From Cytophagales bacterium (GTDB lineage: Bacteria > Bacteroidota > Bacteroidia > Cytophagales > Bernardetiaceae): a stretch of 64,000 nucleotides of DNA. The notes beneath the pieces were generated by a model. The model did not search any database, was not told where the DNA came from, and was given only the letters and a program-made list of their open reading frames with translations. The stretch spans positions 62,141 to 126,140 of the forward strand of contig RDZD01000016.1 in assembly GCA_004293815.1 (NCBI GenBank). The letters are read 5' to 3'. Positions 40,150-50,352 of this stretch are shown here, piece by piece (position 1 is the stretch's first letter; each line of letters opens with the position of its first letter). The position numbers were made by a program, and so were the translations under genes.

Positions 40150-41553
40150 TTGGCAGAAAATTCCGCAGTTCGCGGTTGTATGGTTATCAAACCTTACGGC
40201 TTTGCCATTTGGGAGCGTATGCAGCGCATCCTAGACGATATGTTTAAAGAAACTGGGCATGTCAACGCCTCTTTCCCGCTTTTTATTCCAAAGTCCTTTC
40301 TTTCTAAAGAAGCCAGCCACGTAGAAGGTTTTGCCAAAGAATGTGCCGTTGTTACTCACTACAGGCTTAAAAATGCAGCAGACGGTTCTGGGGTTATTGT
40401 AGATCCAGAAGCTAAGCTTGAAGAAGAACTGATTGTACGCCCCACTTCTGAAACCGTGATTTGGAGCACATATAAAAATTGGATACAATCTTATCGCGAC
40501 TTACCTATTTTGGTCAATCAGTGGGCCAATGTGGTGCGTTGGGAAATGCGCACACGTTTATTTTTGCGTACCACTGAATTTCACTGGCAGGAAGGCCATA
40601 CCGCACACGCTACAGCCGAAGAAGCCGTAGAAGAAACCATCAAGATGCTGGACGTATATGCTGATTTTGCCGAAAACACCATGGCCATGCCCGTCATAAA
40701 AGGCCGCAAAACAGCCAATGAACGCTTTGCTGGAGCCGAAGACACCTACTGCATTGAGGCTCTCATGCAAGACGGCAAAGCTCTTCAGGCGGGAACCTCA
40801 CACTTCTTGGGTCAGAATTTTGCCAAAGCCTTCGATGTTAAGTTTGCTTCAAAAAGCGGTAGCTTAGAGTACGTCTGGGGCACTTCTTGGGGCGTAAGTA
40901 CACGTCTCATTGGTGCTCTCATTATGACACACTCTGATGACGATGGCTTAGTGCTGCCCCCACGCCTTGCTCCTACTCAGGTGGTTATAGTGCCTATACA
41001 CAAAGGTGAAGAAGACTTAACGCGCATTTGCCAAACCCTAGAACCTTTACTTAAAGAACTGAAAAAAAATGGCATACGTGTACTGCTAGATAAACGCGAT
41101 ACGCTCCGTCCAGGCTTTAAGTTTGCAGAATGGGAACAAAAAGGTGTGCCCGTGAGGCTAGCCATAGGCGCACGCGATCTCCAAAATGATACCATAGAAG
41201 TAGCGCGTCGCGACACCAAGACTAAGGAAACTAGACCGCTTACCAATATTGTTCAGCACCTACAAGAGCTTTTGGATGAGATACAAAACAATCTTTTTGA
41301 GCGTGCTAAGGCTTTGAGAACTCAAAAGACAACCCAAGTAAATGATTTTGAGGAATTTAAACGGGTTTTAGAAGAAGAGGGTGGGTTTATTTTAGCACAC
41401 TGGGACGGTACAAGTGAAACTGAAGAAAAAATAAAAGAGCTTACTAAGGCCACTATTCGCTGCATTGCCCTAGACGCACCCGATGAGGAGGGACAGTGCA
41501 TTCTAACAGGTAAGCCTTCAAAAAAACGTGTCGTGTTTGCCAGAGCATACTAA
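40150..41553 (+). CDS. proS: Proline--tRNA ligase (archaeal/eukaryotic-type ProRS)
   Basis: Class II aaRS motifs and the ProRS-specific C-terminal region. Homology continues upstream to about 40069 ([22 protein letters not shown]) with no ATG, GTG or TTG in frame. Confidence 0.9.
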   Translation: MAENSAVRGCMVIKPYGFAIWERMQRILDDMFKETGHVNASFPLFIPKSFLSKEASHVEGFAKECAVVTHYRLKNAADGSGVIVDPEAKLEEELIVRPTSETVIWSTYKNWIQSYRDLPILVNQWANVVRWEMRTRLFLRTTEFHWQEGHTAHATAEEAVEETIKMLDVYADFAENTMAMPVIKGRKTANERFAGAEDTYCIEALMQDGKALQAGTSHFLGQNFAKAFDVKFASKSGSLEYVWGTSWGVSTRLIGALIMTHSDDDGLVLPPRLAPTQVVIVPIHKGEEDLTRICQTLEPLLKELKKNGIRVLLDKRDTLRPGFKFAEWEQKGVPVRLAIGARDLQNDTIEVARRDTKTKETRPLTNIVQHLQELLDEIQNNLFERAKALRTQKTTQVNDFEEFKRVLEEEGGFILAHWDGTSETEEKIKELTKATIRCIALDAPDEEGQCILTGKPSKKRVVFARAY

Positions 41554-41569
41554 AAATTTCCTGCGTCTG

Positions 41570-41625
41570 CTCAAAAAACCACCGCCCGACATCTTAACGG
41601 CATCGGGCGGTGGACATAAAGGTTT
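41570..41625. terminator. Bidirectional GC-rich terminator hairpin
   Basis: An 11-bp GC-rich stem (ccaccgcccga / tcgggcggtgg) between convergent proS and the metalloprotease gene, with A/T runs on both sides. Confidence 0.65.
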
Positions 41626-41645
41626 TAGTCTGATTTAAGAAAGAC

Positions 41646-43835
41646 TTATTCTACCACCAAACGCAGGTATTCTATATGCTGTCCGTTTTGAATGTAGACC
41701 ACATACACTCCGTGCGGCAAACTGCTGATGTCTACGTTTGTGCGGTGGCTTTGACTTTGTACGGCTATTTTCTCTACGGCGTAGAGGTCTTTGATGCGGA
41801 TATCTAGGCCATTGGGCGAAATAACCACCTTTTCATCTACGCTCACCGTTACCTGATTGGTAGCAGGGTTAGGCGAAAGCGAGGCTACGCGGCGTGGGTC
41901 GCCTCTATCGCAGTCATCCAAACCTACTTGATACAAATCTGAATAAGGCGACCAACCACAGCGATTTCTTGTGCGAACTTTGATATGCCAAACACCATAG
42001 CTAAAAGTAGTGCCGTGCAGCCAGTTTTCCGACTCACTAAAAATCAGGGGTGGGCTACCTGGATTGCTAAGCTCTGTAGCATGCCATTGGTATTCATCTT
42101 CATTGCTGGGATTTGCTACAATTTCAGTCTCGTATCGGCATCGACCAGAAACCGTGAGCGTAGGTTTTGCAGGGATACCTATCCAAATTGGGAAAGTATA
42201 GCTGCTAGAGGGCACGGTCTGACCATCGCAGAAAATTTCTAGTGTGACTTCAGCAGGAAAACCAACACCACCATTGATAGTCAAAATGTATATATTGGTG
42301 GCAGGTTCTACCAAGCCTGATTCGCTTAGAAAAAGGCCTGTGGTATTGGTGCTCCAACGTGCTACGCAACCCTCAGGCACACCCGTAGCGGTGAGCTGCT
42401 CGCCCACGCAAAGCGCACCACCACCATCTTCAATACCAATACTTGTGTCACCTGAACCAATGCCTATACCCCAATCCTCAAACTCGCGATCTAAACTGAT
42501 GGTCAAGAAGTAGTTCATGTTGGGAAGAGTCTGGTTATTGCTTATCCGCACCGCATACGTTCCTGCTGGAAATACTTGGTCTATGCGTGAGAAGTTTGAG
42601 AGTGGGTTGTCGTCTGAAACAAAGGCAGGAGCTGTTATGCCGCCAAGTCTTGTTGCGTCCTCGGGGTCTAAAGTAGTGCCAAACACGTTTAAACTTGTGT
42701 TGGATTCGTCCGTACCCATCACCCTTGAGGTACGAATAATCACACGGCGGGGGCTGGTGAGCGTAAAATACACCCAGTCTTCATCGCAATGCATGGGCTG
42801 AGTGCTATTTATGCCTGGGGTGCTATGGAAGGTGCGATGCTGCCGCTGCGGCAGAAGCAAGTCATACATTCTAGCATTCGCCCAGTAGTTATCATTCTCA
42901 AACTTGTCAACAACTGGGTGTGTAACTAGCAGACGAGGGGCTGGTGGACTAATTGCAAAAGGAAATGTAATACCGTAATTATCCAGTATATACAGCATAG
43001 CAGCCCCTTGCATGGGCGTAAAATCTCGAGCACATGCATCACTTGAATAAGACATGATGTTGTTTGGTGCATTATACCCCACAATATCCCATCTCTCATT
43101 ATTGAGCTTGTCGCGGGTACGATCGGCGTCGCTACTGACGTTGTTGTAAATGCATGGTGCAGGAGACAAATCTGTAATATCTGGCGCGAACTCTGACATG
43201 ATTGGAAATCTCATGCCAGGATCAGCGTGAGTGTCGCAGAGGTAATCGCCTCTGACCTCGCAACGTATGTTACCAGACAGGCCTGGTAATCGAGCGGTTC
43301 TGCTAACGGGTTCTTGCTTCCAAGCATTGACTAAGCCATTAGGCTCATTATCCCAATAGGACTCATGCGTATGCAATAAGCCTAGGCAATGACCCACTTC
43401 GTGGATAAATGTCTGTGCTTGCCCTCTAGGTCCACCCCGACTACCCGAGAGAAAAGTGAAGCGATTACTTTTATGAGGAAAGTTGGCTCTGCCCCCAAAG
43501 TCCGTGCAGTCTATAAAAAACACGGCGTTAAGTACCCAAGGGTTCGCCTCTCTTGCATCCTCACAAATATCATTGAAGTTGGCATCGCTGGGAAAAGCTC
43601 TAAAGGATTGGTTGATGTGAACAGGATTGCAGACCAAATAAAGCAAAATAGGGATTTGGCTTGCTCTAAAATACTCGTTGGTGCGGTTGATGATAGCCTC
43701 TACTCTAGCGTCTGTAAATTCACCTGTGCCATCATCGCGGTTATAAACCGTGGCCTTGACAGGAACTTGGAAAAACGTGTTAGTTCTGCCCCCTACCACA
43801 GGCAGCCTGAAAGCACTTGTGCTACCGCTTAGCAC
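41646..43835 (-). CDS. M43 (pappalysin/cytophagalysin)-type zinc metalloprotease with a T9SS C-terminal sorting domain
   Basis: Metzincin motif HEVGHCLGLLHTHE (HExxHxxGxxH) with the M43-like HT; C-terminal PNPATNQVTV...GVYVVYIQNG...LVVE is a T9SS C-terminal domain. There is no signal peptide at the annotated GTG start. Confidence 0.78.
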   Translation of the reverse strand: MLSGSTSAFRLPVVGGRTNTFFQVPVKATVYNRDDGTGEFTDARVEAIINRTNEYFRASQIPILLYLVCNPVHINQSFRAFPSDANFNDICEDAREANPWVLNAVFFIDCTDFGGRANFPHKSNRFTFLSGSRGGPRGQAQTFIHEVGHCLGLLHTHESYWDNEPNGLVNAWKQEPVSRTARLPGLSGNIRCEVRGDYLCDTHADPGMRFPIMSEFAPDITDLSPAPCIYNNVSSDADRTRDKLNNERWDIVGYNAPNNIMSYSSDACARDFTPMQGAAMLYILDNYGITFPFAISPPAPRLLVTHPVVDKFENDNYWANARMYDLLLPQRQHRTFHSTPGINSTQPMHCDEDWVYFTLTSPRRVIIRTSRVMGTDESNTSLNVFGTTLDPEDATRLGGITAPAFVSDDNPLSNFSRIDQVFPAGTYAVRISNNQTLPNMNYFLTISLDREFEDWGIGIGSGDTSIGIEDGGGALCVGEQLTATGVPEGCVARWSTNTTGLFLSESGLVEPATNIYILTINGGVGFPAEVTLEIFCDGQTVPSSSYTFPIWIGIPAKPTLTVSGRCRYETEIVANPSNEDEYQWHATELSNPGSPPLIFSESENWLHGTTFSYGVWHIKVRTRNRCGWSPYSDLYQVGLDDCDRGDPRRVASLSPNPATNQVTVSVDEKVVISPNGLDIRIKDLYAVEKIAVQSQSHRTNVDISSLPHGVYVVYIQNGQHIEYLRLVVE

Positions 43836-43849
43836 ACCGCCACGCTCGT

Positions 43850-43859
43850 GGGGGGGGGG
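43850..43859. repeat. Homopolymeric G10/C10 tract
   Basis: gggggggggg is directly visible, 15 bp upstream of the metalloprotease start codon on the coding strand. Confidence 0.9.
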
Positions 43860-44018
43860 TACTCCTCACAGCTCGAGCTGCAAGTAAACTATCATAAAAC
43901 GTGTTTAGCCAAGCGTTATTGCCAAACCAAGGTAAATTTACTGAGGTTACAGAGTCTAAAGAACCCGTACCACATTTTTGACGAAGCTGTCCTTGCCCCC
44001 AAGATAGGCTCAGAAGGT

Positions 44019-44612
44019 TTAAAGTTCAACTTCTATGCGTAAGGTATCGCCTTGGCCTGTGCCACGTGAAAGAAAATACCTTGACTTAGGTGAATTGGGA
44101 CGAACTTTATCGTAGAAGTAGTCTATGGCAATAATTTCAGAATTGCATTCGTCTATAATTCTTGCAACTGACCAAGTATCTATCATCTGTTGAAATACAA
44201 GTGTGGTACTTCCAGGATTGCTAGGATCCTTTTTTCTAACTTCATAAACATACTGAGCTCTAATACCTCCTTTCCCGAAACGCCAATAGCAGGGGCCGAA
44301 GATATTATTTTGAGCCTTAGTGTTAGGTACCCAGAAATTGCTTAAATCAGTTCTTGTCTTATCTTCCTGAAAGATTACTTCCTCAGCTTGCAGTTTGGCA
44401 TTCGGCCCGTCGCCTATCAACGACTTGCCCGTTTTGGCATCTATGAAGTGAACGTAAAAGGAGAAGCTATCTAACTCATACGTGGGGCTTGGAGGGTCGG
44501 AGGCTGTACTTCCCTTTGAGCTCTCCCCGCAGTCTTTTTTGCAGCTGACCAAGCTGAGGCTCGCGATGACAGCCGTCACCAAAAGCCAAGTGTTTAAGAT
44601 TCTGAATCTCAT
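44019..44612 (-). CDS. Hypothetical lipoprotein
   Basis: Signal peptide with lipobox LVSCKKD. No known domain. Confidence 0.5.
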   Translation of the reverse strand: MRFRILNTWLLVTAVIASLSLVSCKKDCGESSKGSTASDPPSPTYELDSFSFYVHFIDAKTGKSLIGDGPNAKLQAEEVIFQEDKTRTDLSNFWVPNTKAQNNIFGPCYWRFGKGGIRAQYVYEVRKKDPSNPGSTTLVFQQMIDTWSVARIIDECNSEIIAIDYFYDKVRPNSPKSRYFLSRGTGQGDTLRIEVEL

Positions 44613-45203
44613 AAAATTGTTTGTTTAAGAATGAAATTTTGAATAAAAATTAAAAAAAGCAAGGCAGCGTACACCACCCCACACCGCAAACGTAAGAGAT
44701 AAAAATCATACAACCAAGGCTATAGGAAATTTTTTTATAAAAATATATAAAAATTATCTTTTATTATTCAGAATAACTTAGCCCTGCGCGAAGTCTTAGC
44801 AATATTTTAGCCCTAAGTTTTATAACTCATTAAAAAATAGAGTTTACACAAACAAAAAATTATAAATAATAATTTTCAATATATTTTAATTAATTTTTTA
44901 ATAAAAAAATTACATTTAAAAAAATAGTTATATTTGTATATAATTTACATCAAAACTGCTTTTAAAAACTCTAAAGTGCCAAAGTAGAATTTTATCCAAG
45001 CTGTATAAAGCCTTTTGCCTGCAAAAAAATAGCAAGCTTTGTTTTTTTTCATGCGGCTTCTGTATAAACAAAATCAGCAGCAAAAATGTTAATAAAACAA
45101 ACAAAGATTTGAAAAAAATGGGGCGCGTGCGTGCAGCCAAGATAAGTGAGCTATTTTGAGGTGGAACGCTGGCCATTAAAAACTAGTGGCAGTACCCAAA
45201 CGC

Positions 45204-45236
45204 AAAAAGTCTGTTCTCAAAAAGAACAGACTTTTT
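45204..45236. terminator. Palindromic terminator hairpin
   Basis: aaaaagtctgttct / agaacagacttttt, a 14-bp stem with A/T runs on both sides, downstream of the glycosyltransferase gene. Confidence 0.5.
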
Positions 45237-45464
45237 AATGCCCCAACAATTTTAAATCATTACCAACAAAAAATTGGCGAATGACGTAACGATTATGCTT
45301 GGCAACGAGTTGCTAAACACACGTTGCATTAAAATATCCAATTAGAGTGCCAGTTTTTAAATAGTTAATAATCAGACCCTATCTTTTTTGTTTAAGGCAA
45401 ATTGCGCTAAAAATGAACAACAACTGTTCATTTTTGAACAGATTCTTCCCCTACGCAACAAAGG

Positions 45465-46292
45465 CTAGTCTTCAAAGATGGTTTTTCTTGAGCCGAAAAA
45501 TTTTATTTTTACCCGAGAAAGCCATTCAAAAAGCCGCTTTGGTAGATAGGTTCTGGCAGCTTCTATGTATTTTGTGCGTTTGATGAGCTTCTCAAACAAA
45601 ACTTGCGTCTGAGAATCTAGTTTGCCTTGTTTCTGAACTATTTCTAAGCTTTCGTAGCGCACTTTGAGCTTGTTTTTGCTACTCAGACCATCATGAGAAA
45701 AGATAGCTATGGGCTTTTTAGTGTATAAAAACCGTTCACCTCTGCAAAAGAGTGTGTAAATCTGCTCAAAATCTGAGGTGATATACTGCCCGCTAAAAGG
45801 TGTGTGCAAGGCTATATCTTGGTGTATGAAAGTGCTCTGGTGGCAAAATTTCATGCCAAGCCAAGGCGTATCAAGGCTTTCAGCCTTAACAAGTTCTTTA
45901 TAGTACTTATTCTGTACCACATAGTCACCGTATACAACCGCAGCTTGCTGCCTCAAAAAAGGCTCAGTCTCCTCCAACACCTCACTGCTGACGAATATGT
46001 CGCCAGCATTCATAAAAATAACATAATCGCCTTTTGCAAGGTACAAAGCCTTATTCATGGCATCGTAAATGCCTTTATCTGGCTCAGAAATCCATCTAAT
46101 ACGTTCGTTGTCATATATTTGCGATAGTTCTGAGGACAGAAACTGCACAGTACCATCACGTGATGCACCATCTACAATCAAGTATTCATAATCTTTGAAA
46201 GACTGACTATGAACACTGTAAATCGTTCTTTTGAGGGCATCTAAGGCATTAAAACAAACCGTGACAACACTGACTAGTGGCATAAAAACCAA
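45465..46292 (-). CDS. Family 2 glycosyltransferase
   Basis: N-terminal VSVVTVCFNALDAL...YEYLIVDGASRDGT is a GT2 (GT-A fold) signature. Confidence 0.8.
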   Translation of the reverse strand: MVFMPLVSVVTVCFNALDALKRTIYSVHSQSFKDYEYLIVDGASRDGTVQFLSSELSQIYDNERIRWISEPDKGIYDAMNKALYLAKGDYVIFMNAGDIFVSSEVLEETEPFLRQQAAVVYGDYVVQNKYYKELVKAESLDTPWLGMKFCHQSTFIHQDIALHTPFSGQYITSDFEQIYTLFCRGERFLYTKKPIAIFSHDGLSSKNKLKVRYESLEIVQKQGKLDSQTQVLFEKLIKRTKYIEAARTYLPKRLFEWLSRVKIKFFGSRKTIFED

Positions 46293-46316
46293 GTTATGGG
46301 TAAAGACAAGGCTTTT

Positions 46317-46973
46317 TTATGATTGTCGCCAAGAAGCAGGGTTTTCGCGCCACTCCGCTAAGGTGCTGAGTTCTGAAGCAGTAATGAGCTGTCGCTCTTT
46401 GGCTACTTGCAGTAAATCAGCATAGTTTGTGAGAGTGGCAAAATCTACTTTGGCGGTTTGAAAAGCGCGTGCGGCATCGGCAAAACCATAAGTAAAGATT
46501 GCCAACATACCTACCACTTCCGCGCCAGCGGCTCTGATAGCGTCCACAGCCGCCAAAGAACTTTTACCCGTGGAAATCAAATCTTCAACCATCAAAACCT
46601 TCTGACCTTGCAACAAACGCCCTTCTATTTGATTTTGAAGGCCATGCCCTTTTGAGCTTGACCGTACATATACCAAAGGCAATTGGCTTGCATCAGCCAA
46701 TAAAGTAGCTTGAGGAATGCCTGCCGTAGCCACGCCTGCTACTGCTTCTGTATGTGGAAAAAGGCTGTTTTTAAGCTCATGCAAGCCTAGCGTGATGGCC
46801 TCCCGTATGCTTGGGTAAGAGAGCGTGAGACGATTATCACAATAAATGGGCGAGTTCCAGCCTGCTGCCCATCTAAAAGGCTCATTGGGACGCAGGCGAA
46901 CAGCTTGTGCGTCTAGCAACATGGCAGCTATAGTGCTTGATGTAGATGAAGATGCGTTTATCACGTTTATCAA
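46317..46973 (-). CDS. pyrE: Orotate phosphoribosyltransferase
   Basis: PFRWAAGWNSPIYCDNR and the PRPP-binding loop VLMVEDLISTGKS are typical of OPRTase. Confidence 0.85.
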   Translation of the reverse strand: MINVINASSSTSSTIAAMLLDAQAVRLRPNEPFRWAAGWNSPIYCDNRLTLSYPSIREAITLGLHELKNSLFPHTEAVAGVATAGIPQATLLADASQLPLVYVRSSSKGHGLQNQIEGRLLQGQKVLMVEDLISTGKSSLAAVDAIRAAGAEVVGMLAIFTYGFADAARAFQTAKVDFATLTNYADLLQVAKERQLITASELSTLAEWRENPASWRQS

Positions 46974-46985
46974 TGGGTTTTTGTA

Positions 46986-47999
46986 CTAAATTTTGATAAG
47001 TCTAACCGTAAAGACGAGGTCTGCAATAAAGAGCACAAGTGCAGCGGCTAAGAAATAAGTGTATTTATTGGCTGTAACATCTACTCGCTTTGCATCGCGC
47101 AACTCACCTTGGATGTTATTAATAGCTTTGATGAGCGATTCTGTATCATTTCTGTTATTGCTGATTTCAAAATACCGCCCGCTTGCTTGTTCTGCTAGAT
47201 TACGAAGATCTTGTGAGTTGAGTTTGGTGATAATTGTTTGGCCGTTTTCGTCTTTTTTGAACCCTCTATGGGTCGGAATATTGCCGCCAGTTTCTGTACC
47301 CACGCCAAGCGTAAAAAGTCTGATACCTTCTTTTTTAAAGTCTGCTACAATGCTACTTGCCTCATCGCCAAAATCCTCACCATCACTAATGAGCAATACA
47401 ATTTTAGACTGCTTTTTAGTGGTATTTTCAGTGGCAGTGAGTTTTTCTAAAGCCATTTGTAAGGGAGGGCCAAAATCTGTGCCGCCTAGAGGCACCAAAC
47501 TGGTGTGAATGGTTTCTAAGAGCTGGTTAGTGGTGGCGTTGTCGAACGTGAGCGGACATTGTAAATAAGCATCGGCTGAAAAAATAACAATACCAAGTCT
47601 ATCTGAGCTAAAAGCATCAACTATTTTTTTGAGCTCATACTTAACTTTTTCAAGTCTGCTCGGCTGTATATCGTTTGTATTCATAGAGTTGGACAAATCT
47701 ATGCAAAGCAAGATATCCTTACCCACAGTTTTGATTGTGCGTTGTGCTTCACCAAAAGAAGGGCCTAGCAAAGCTACCAAAAACAATAGAAAATAGACGC
47801 TGCGCAAAATAGTTTTAGGCCAAAAACTAACAGGCGGCGAACCCATGCGTTTAGCTATCAAAAATGTGCGGCGCACAAATAGAAAATAAAAACCAGCAAA
47901 TAGTAAGACCAGTACTATTTCTGTTATGCCCAAGCTATTATACCAACTCAAACCCATATTTTGCTGTTTTAGCCAAGCTAGTTTGATAAAAAAACGCAC
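46986..47999 (-). CDS. Membrane-anchored von Willebrand factor A domain protein (BatA/BatB-like)
   Basis: N-terminal TM helices, MIDAS motif DLSNSM...GGTDFGPP...SDGEDFG, and a C-terminal TM helix. Confidence 0.75.
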   Translation of the reverse strand: MRFFIKLAWLKQQNMGLSWYNSLGITEIVLVLLFAGFYFLFVRRTFLIAKRMGSPPVSFWPKTILRSVYFLLFLVALLGPSFGEAQRTIKTVGKDILLCIDLSNSMNTNDIQPSRLEKVKYELKKIVDAFSSDRLGIVIFSADAYLQCPLTFDNATTNQLLETIHTSLVPLGGTDFGPPLQMALEKLTATENTTKKQSKIVLLISDGEDFGDEASSIVADFKKEGIRLFTLGVGTETGGNIPTHRGFKKDENGQTIITKLNSQDLRNLAEQASGRYFEISNNRNDTESLIKAINNIQGELRDAKRVDVTANKYTYFLAAALVLFIADLVFTVRLIKI

Positions 48000-48238
48000 A
48001 AATATACAGAATTATCAACGACTGCTTGTGCAATGTCAGAAAAGAAAGATAACTTCTTTCAAAAACCATTTTACTGATTCCTGAGTCTATTAAATCTTAC
48101 AAGACTTTAGAAACTTCGTAGAGGATGATAATAAAATACAAAAAAAACAAAAATATGCCGCTTCTTTTGAATATGTGAATAGCATTTGATAGCTTTGTTT
48201 TCTAAATAGCAAGTCCAATACATTTATCAAAAGTTTTT

Positions 48239-49015
48239 ATGAGTCAGCCAATCATCCATGAACTTGAAGGGCGTGTAGCTTTTCAAGTAAGCGAAGGCAT
48301 AGCCACCATCACATTCTTTCACCCCAAGAGTAACTCTATGCCAGGTGCTCTTTTGCGTAAGCTTGCCCAGACTATTACAGATGTGGGTCAGATGCCCGAT
48401 GTGAAGGTTATTGTACTTGCCAGCGAAGGCGACAAGGCTTTTTGTTCGGGAGCCTCTTTTGATGAGCTTGTGAGCATAGATAATTTTGAGCAAGGCAAAA
48501 AGTTTTTCTTGGGCTTTGCATCAGTCATTAATGCGGCACGCAAATGTCCTAAGTTTATCATTGGACGCGTACAGGGCAAAGCTGTAGGTGGTGGTGTAGG
48601 CATGGCCTCAGCAGTTGATTATTGCTATGCTACCTCAGGCGCATCCATTAAACTCAGCGAGCTAGCAGTAGGCATAGGGCCTTTCGTGGTGGGGCCTGCT
48701 GTAGCCAGAAAGGTTGGACAATCTGCTTTTCAAATACTTTCTATAGACACTGAATGGCGTTCGGCAGAGTGGGCGCGCGAAAAGGGATTGTACGCAGAAG
48801 TTTTTGACAACATTCAAGACATGGACAATGCTATTGCCAAGCTTGCCAAAAAACTTGCCGCATCTAGCCCTGAAGCCATGGCGCAAATCAAACAAATTTG
48901 CTGGGAAGATTGCAGTCACTGGGATAGCCTTTTAGACAACCGCGCTGAAATGAGCGGGCGTTTAGTGCTCTCCGATTTCACCAAATCTTTCATCCGATCT
49001 TTCAAAAATGTCTAA
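48239..49015 (+). CDS. Enoyl-CoA hydratase/isomerase (crotonase) family protein
   Basis: Crotonase fold motifs VIVLASEGDKAFCSGASFDEL and GKAVGGG. Confidence 0.8.
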   Translation: MSQPIIHELEGRVAFQVSEGIATITFFHPKSNSMPGALLRKLAQTITDVGQMPDVKVIVLASEGDKAFCSGASFDELVSIDNFEQGKKFFLGFASVINAARKCPKFIIGRVQGKAVGGGVGMASAVDYCYATSGASIKLSELAVGIGPFVVGPAVARKVGQSAFQILSIDTEWRSAEWAREKGLYAEVFDNIQDMDNAIAKLAKKLAASSPEAMAQIKQICWEDCSHWDSLLDNRAEMSGRLVLSDFTKSFIRSFKNV

Positions 49016-49583
49016 AAAAGCCCTAAAAGTTGGCATCTCGTTCCTCAGTGTTTTGTTGCTGCCTTTTATAGGTTGTTACTCTGTAGCAGCTCAGAAAAGA
49101 GTGTTGCGGTGTCAGTTGACGCACAACACCACGCATCCTTATTCACACAACGCTCCCTACCAATACCAGCCAGAATCTCATTTGGTGATTATTCTCGCAC
49201 CAGAAAGCAAGTCTAATCACGGTTCCTTAGACCCTGGCAAAGTGTTTGAGTTCAATGAAATAAAAAGCCTCCCTTGCGAAGTTAATATAGAGTTTGACTC
49301 AAAAGATTTTCCAGATGGAAGAACTCTCAGAATCAGCGCAGTTTTGCATCTTGGAGCAGGAAACGAAACCTATGTGGGCGACTTGATAAGTGAGTATCAA
49401 ACAACTGTTAATCAAGAAGCCGACTCGGTCAATATACTCCTTTTCGGTATGGAAGATTGTAAGTCCGCCAATGCAGGAGGATTTTGTACCACCCTTTATA
49501 GAAACCAGCCGCCTGAAAAACAGACCAATGACCCTAAAAAGGGCAAAAAGCGCAGAAAGAAACAACGCAAAGATATCCCTTAG
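49008..49583 (+). CDS. Hypothetical lipoprotein with a basic C-terminal tail
   Basis: Signal peptide with lipobox PFIGCYS. The C-terminus is KKGKKRRKKQRK. Confidence 0.45.
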   Translation: MSKKALKVGISFLSVLLLPFIGCYSVAAQKRVLRCQLTHNTTHPYSHNAPYQYQPESHLVIILAPESKSNHGSLDPGKVFEFNEIKSLPCEVNIEFDSKDFPDGRTLRISAVLHLGAGNETYVGDLISEYQTTVNQEADSVNILLFGMEDCKSANAGGFCTTLYRNQPPEKQTNDPKKGKKRRKKQRKDIP

Positions 49584-49781
49584 GATTCATAATCATCTTT
49601 AAAAGTTTTTTACAAAAAAACAATAAGGCTTGCATTCTTGCAGCTATGCATTAATTTTGCAGCAAATATTTTATTTTTATTCCTTGAAAAGTATTTTTTT
49701 GGCAATAAAATAACACAAAACTTGCATGCAATCTCTTTGACTTTTTGTTTTTTATAGCGTGATTTACTCAAACCTTAGGAA

Positions 49782-50186
49782 TTGATGACTATTTACAAGA
49801 GCAAATGTCTTGAGTTGAATTTTTTTGAAGAGCACAAGCTCATTGAAATGGTTTGGCAAGACGCAACAGTGCGTATGACAGAAGCTGAATTAAAAGCAGA
49901 ATGCTATAACTATTTAGACAAAATTCTAAATCACAAACCTCAGAAAGTACTTGCTGATACGCGAAAACTACTTTTCCCAATTGCGCCTGAGCTACAAGTC
50001 TGGATTAATACTGAGATACTGGGTCCCGCATTTGCAACAGGCCTCAGAAAAGCAGCTTTTTTGATTAGCGAAGATCTTTTCGCTCAAATTGCGATTGAAC
50101 AGATTATGGAAGAAAATGATGGCGCACAGTTCCAGACCCGCTACTTTGACAGTAGGGAGGATGCCTTTGACTGGGCTATACTTTAA
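49782..50186 (+). CDS. Hypothetical protein
   Basis: 134-aa ORF with gene-like composition and no recognised motif. Confidence 0.4.
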   Translation: MMTIYKSKCLELNFFEEHKLIEMVWQDATVRMTEAELKAECYNYLDKILNHKPQKVLADTRKLLFPIAPELQVWINTEILGPAFATGLRKAAFLISEDLFAQIAIEQIMEENDGAQFQTRYFDSREDAFDWAIL

Positions 50187-50352
50187 GTTTTTGTGTTTAA
50201 TTTTTAGAATAAAATTTGTATTTCAAATGTAATAGACTAATTTTGCGGTCTGTTAATCATTATTCATCTGCTTTGCTAGCAATACAATCAGCTAAAGCCC
50301 TGATAAACAGAGGCTGCAAAGATTGTGAAAAAGCAAAGAGAATTTTAAAAAA

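Noticed and set aside
43848-44042. 64-aa plus-strand ORF between the lipoprotein and metalloprotease genes
   Set aside because: It lies opposite to both neighbouring genes in what is most likely the 5' leader of the metalloprotease gene, and no coding features were seen in it.
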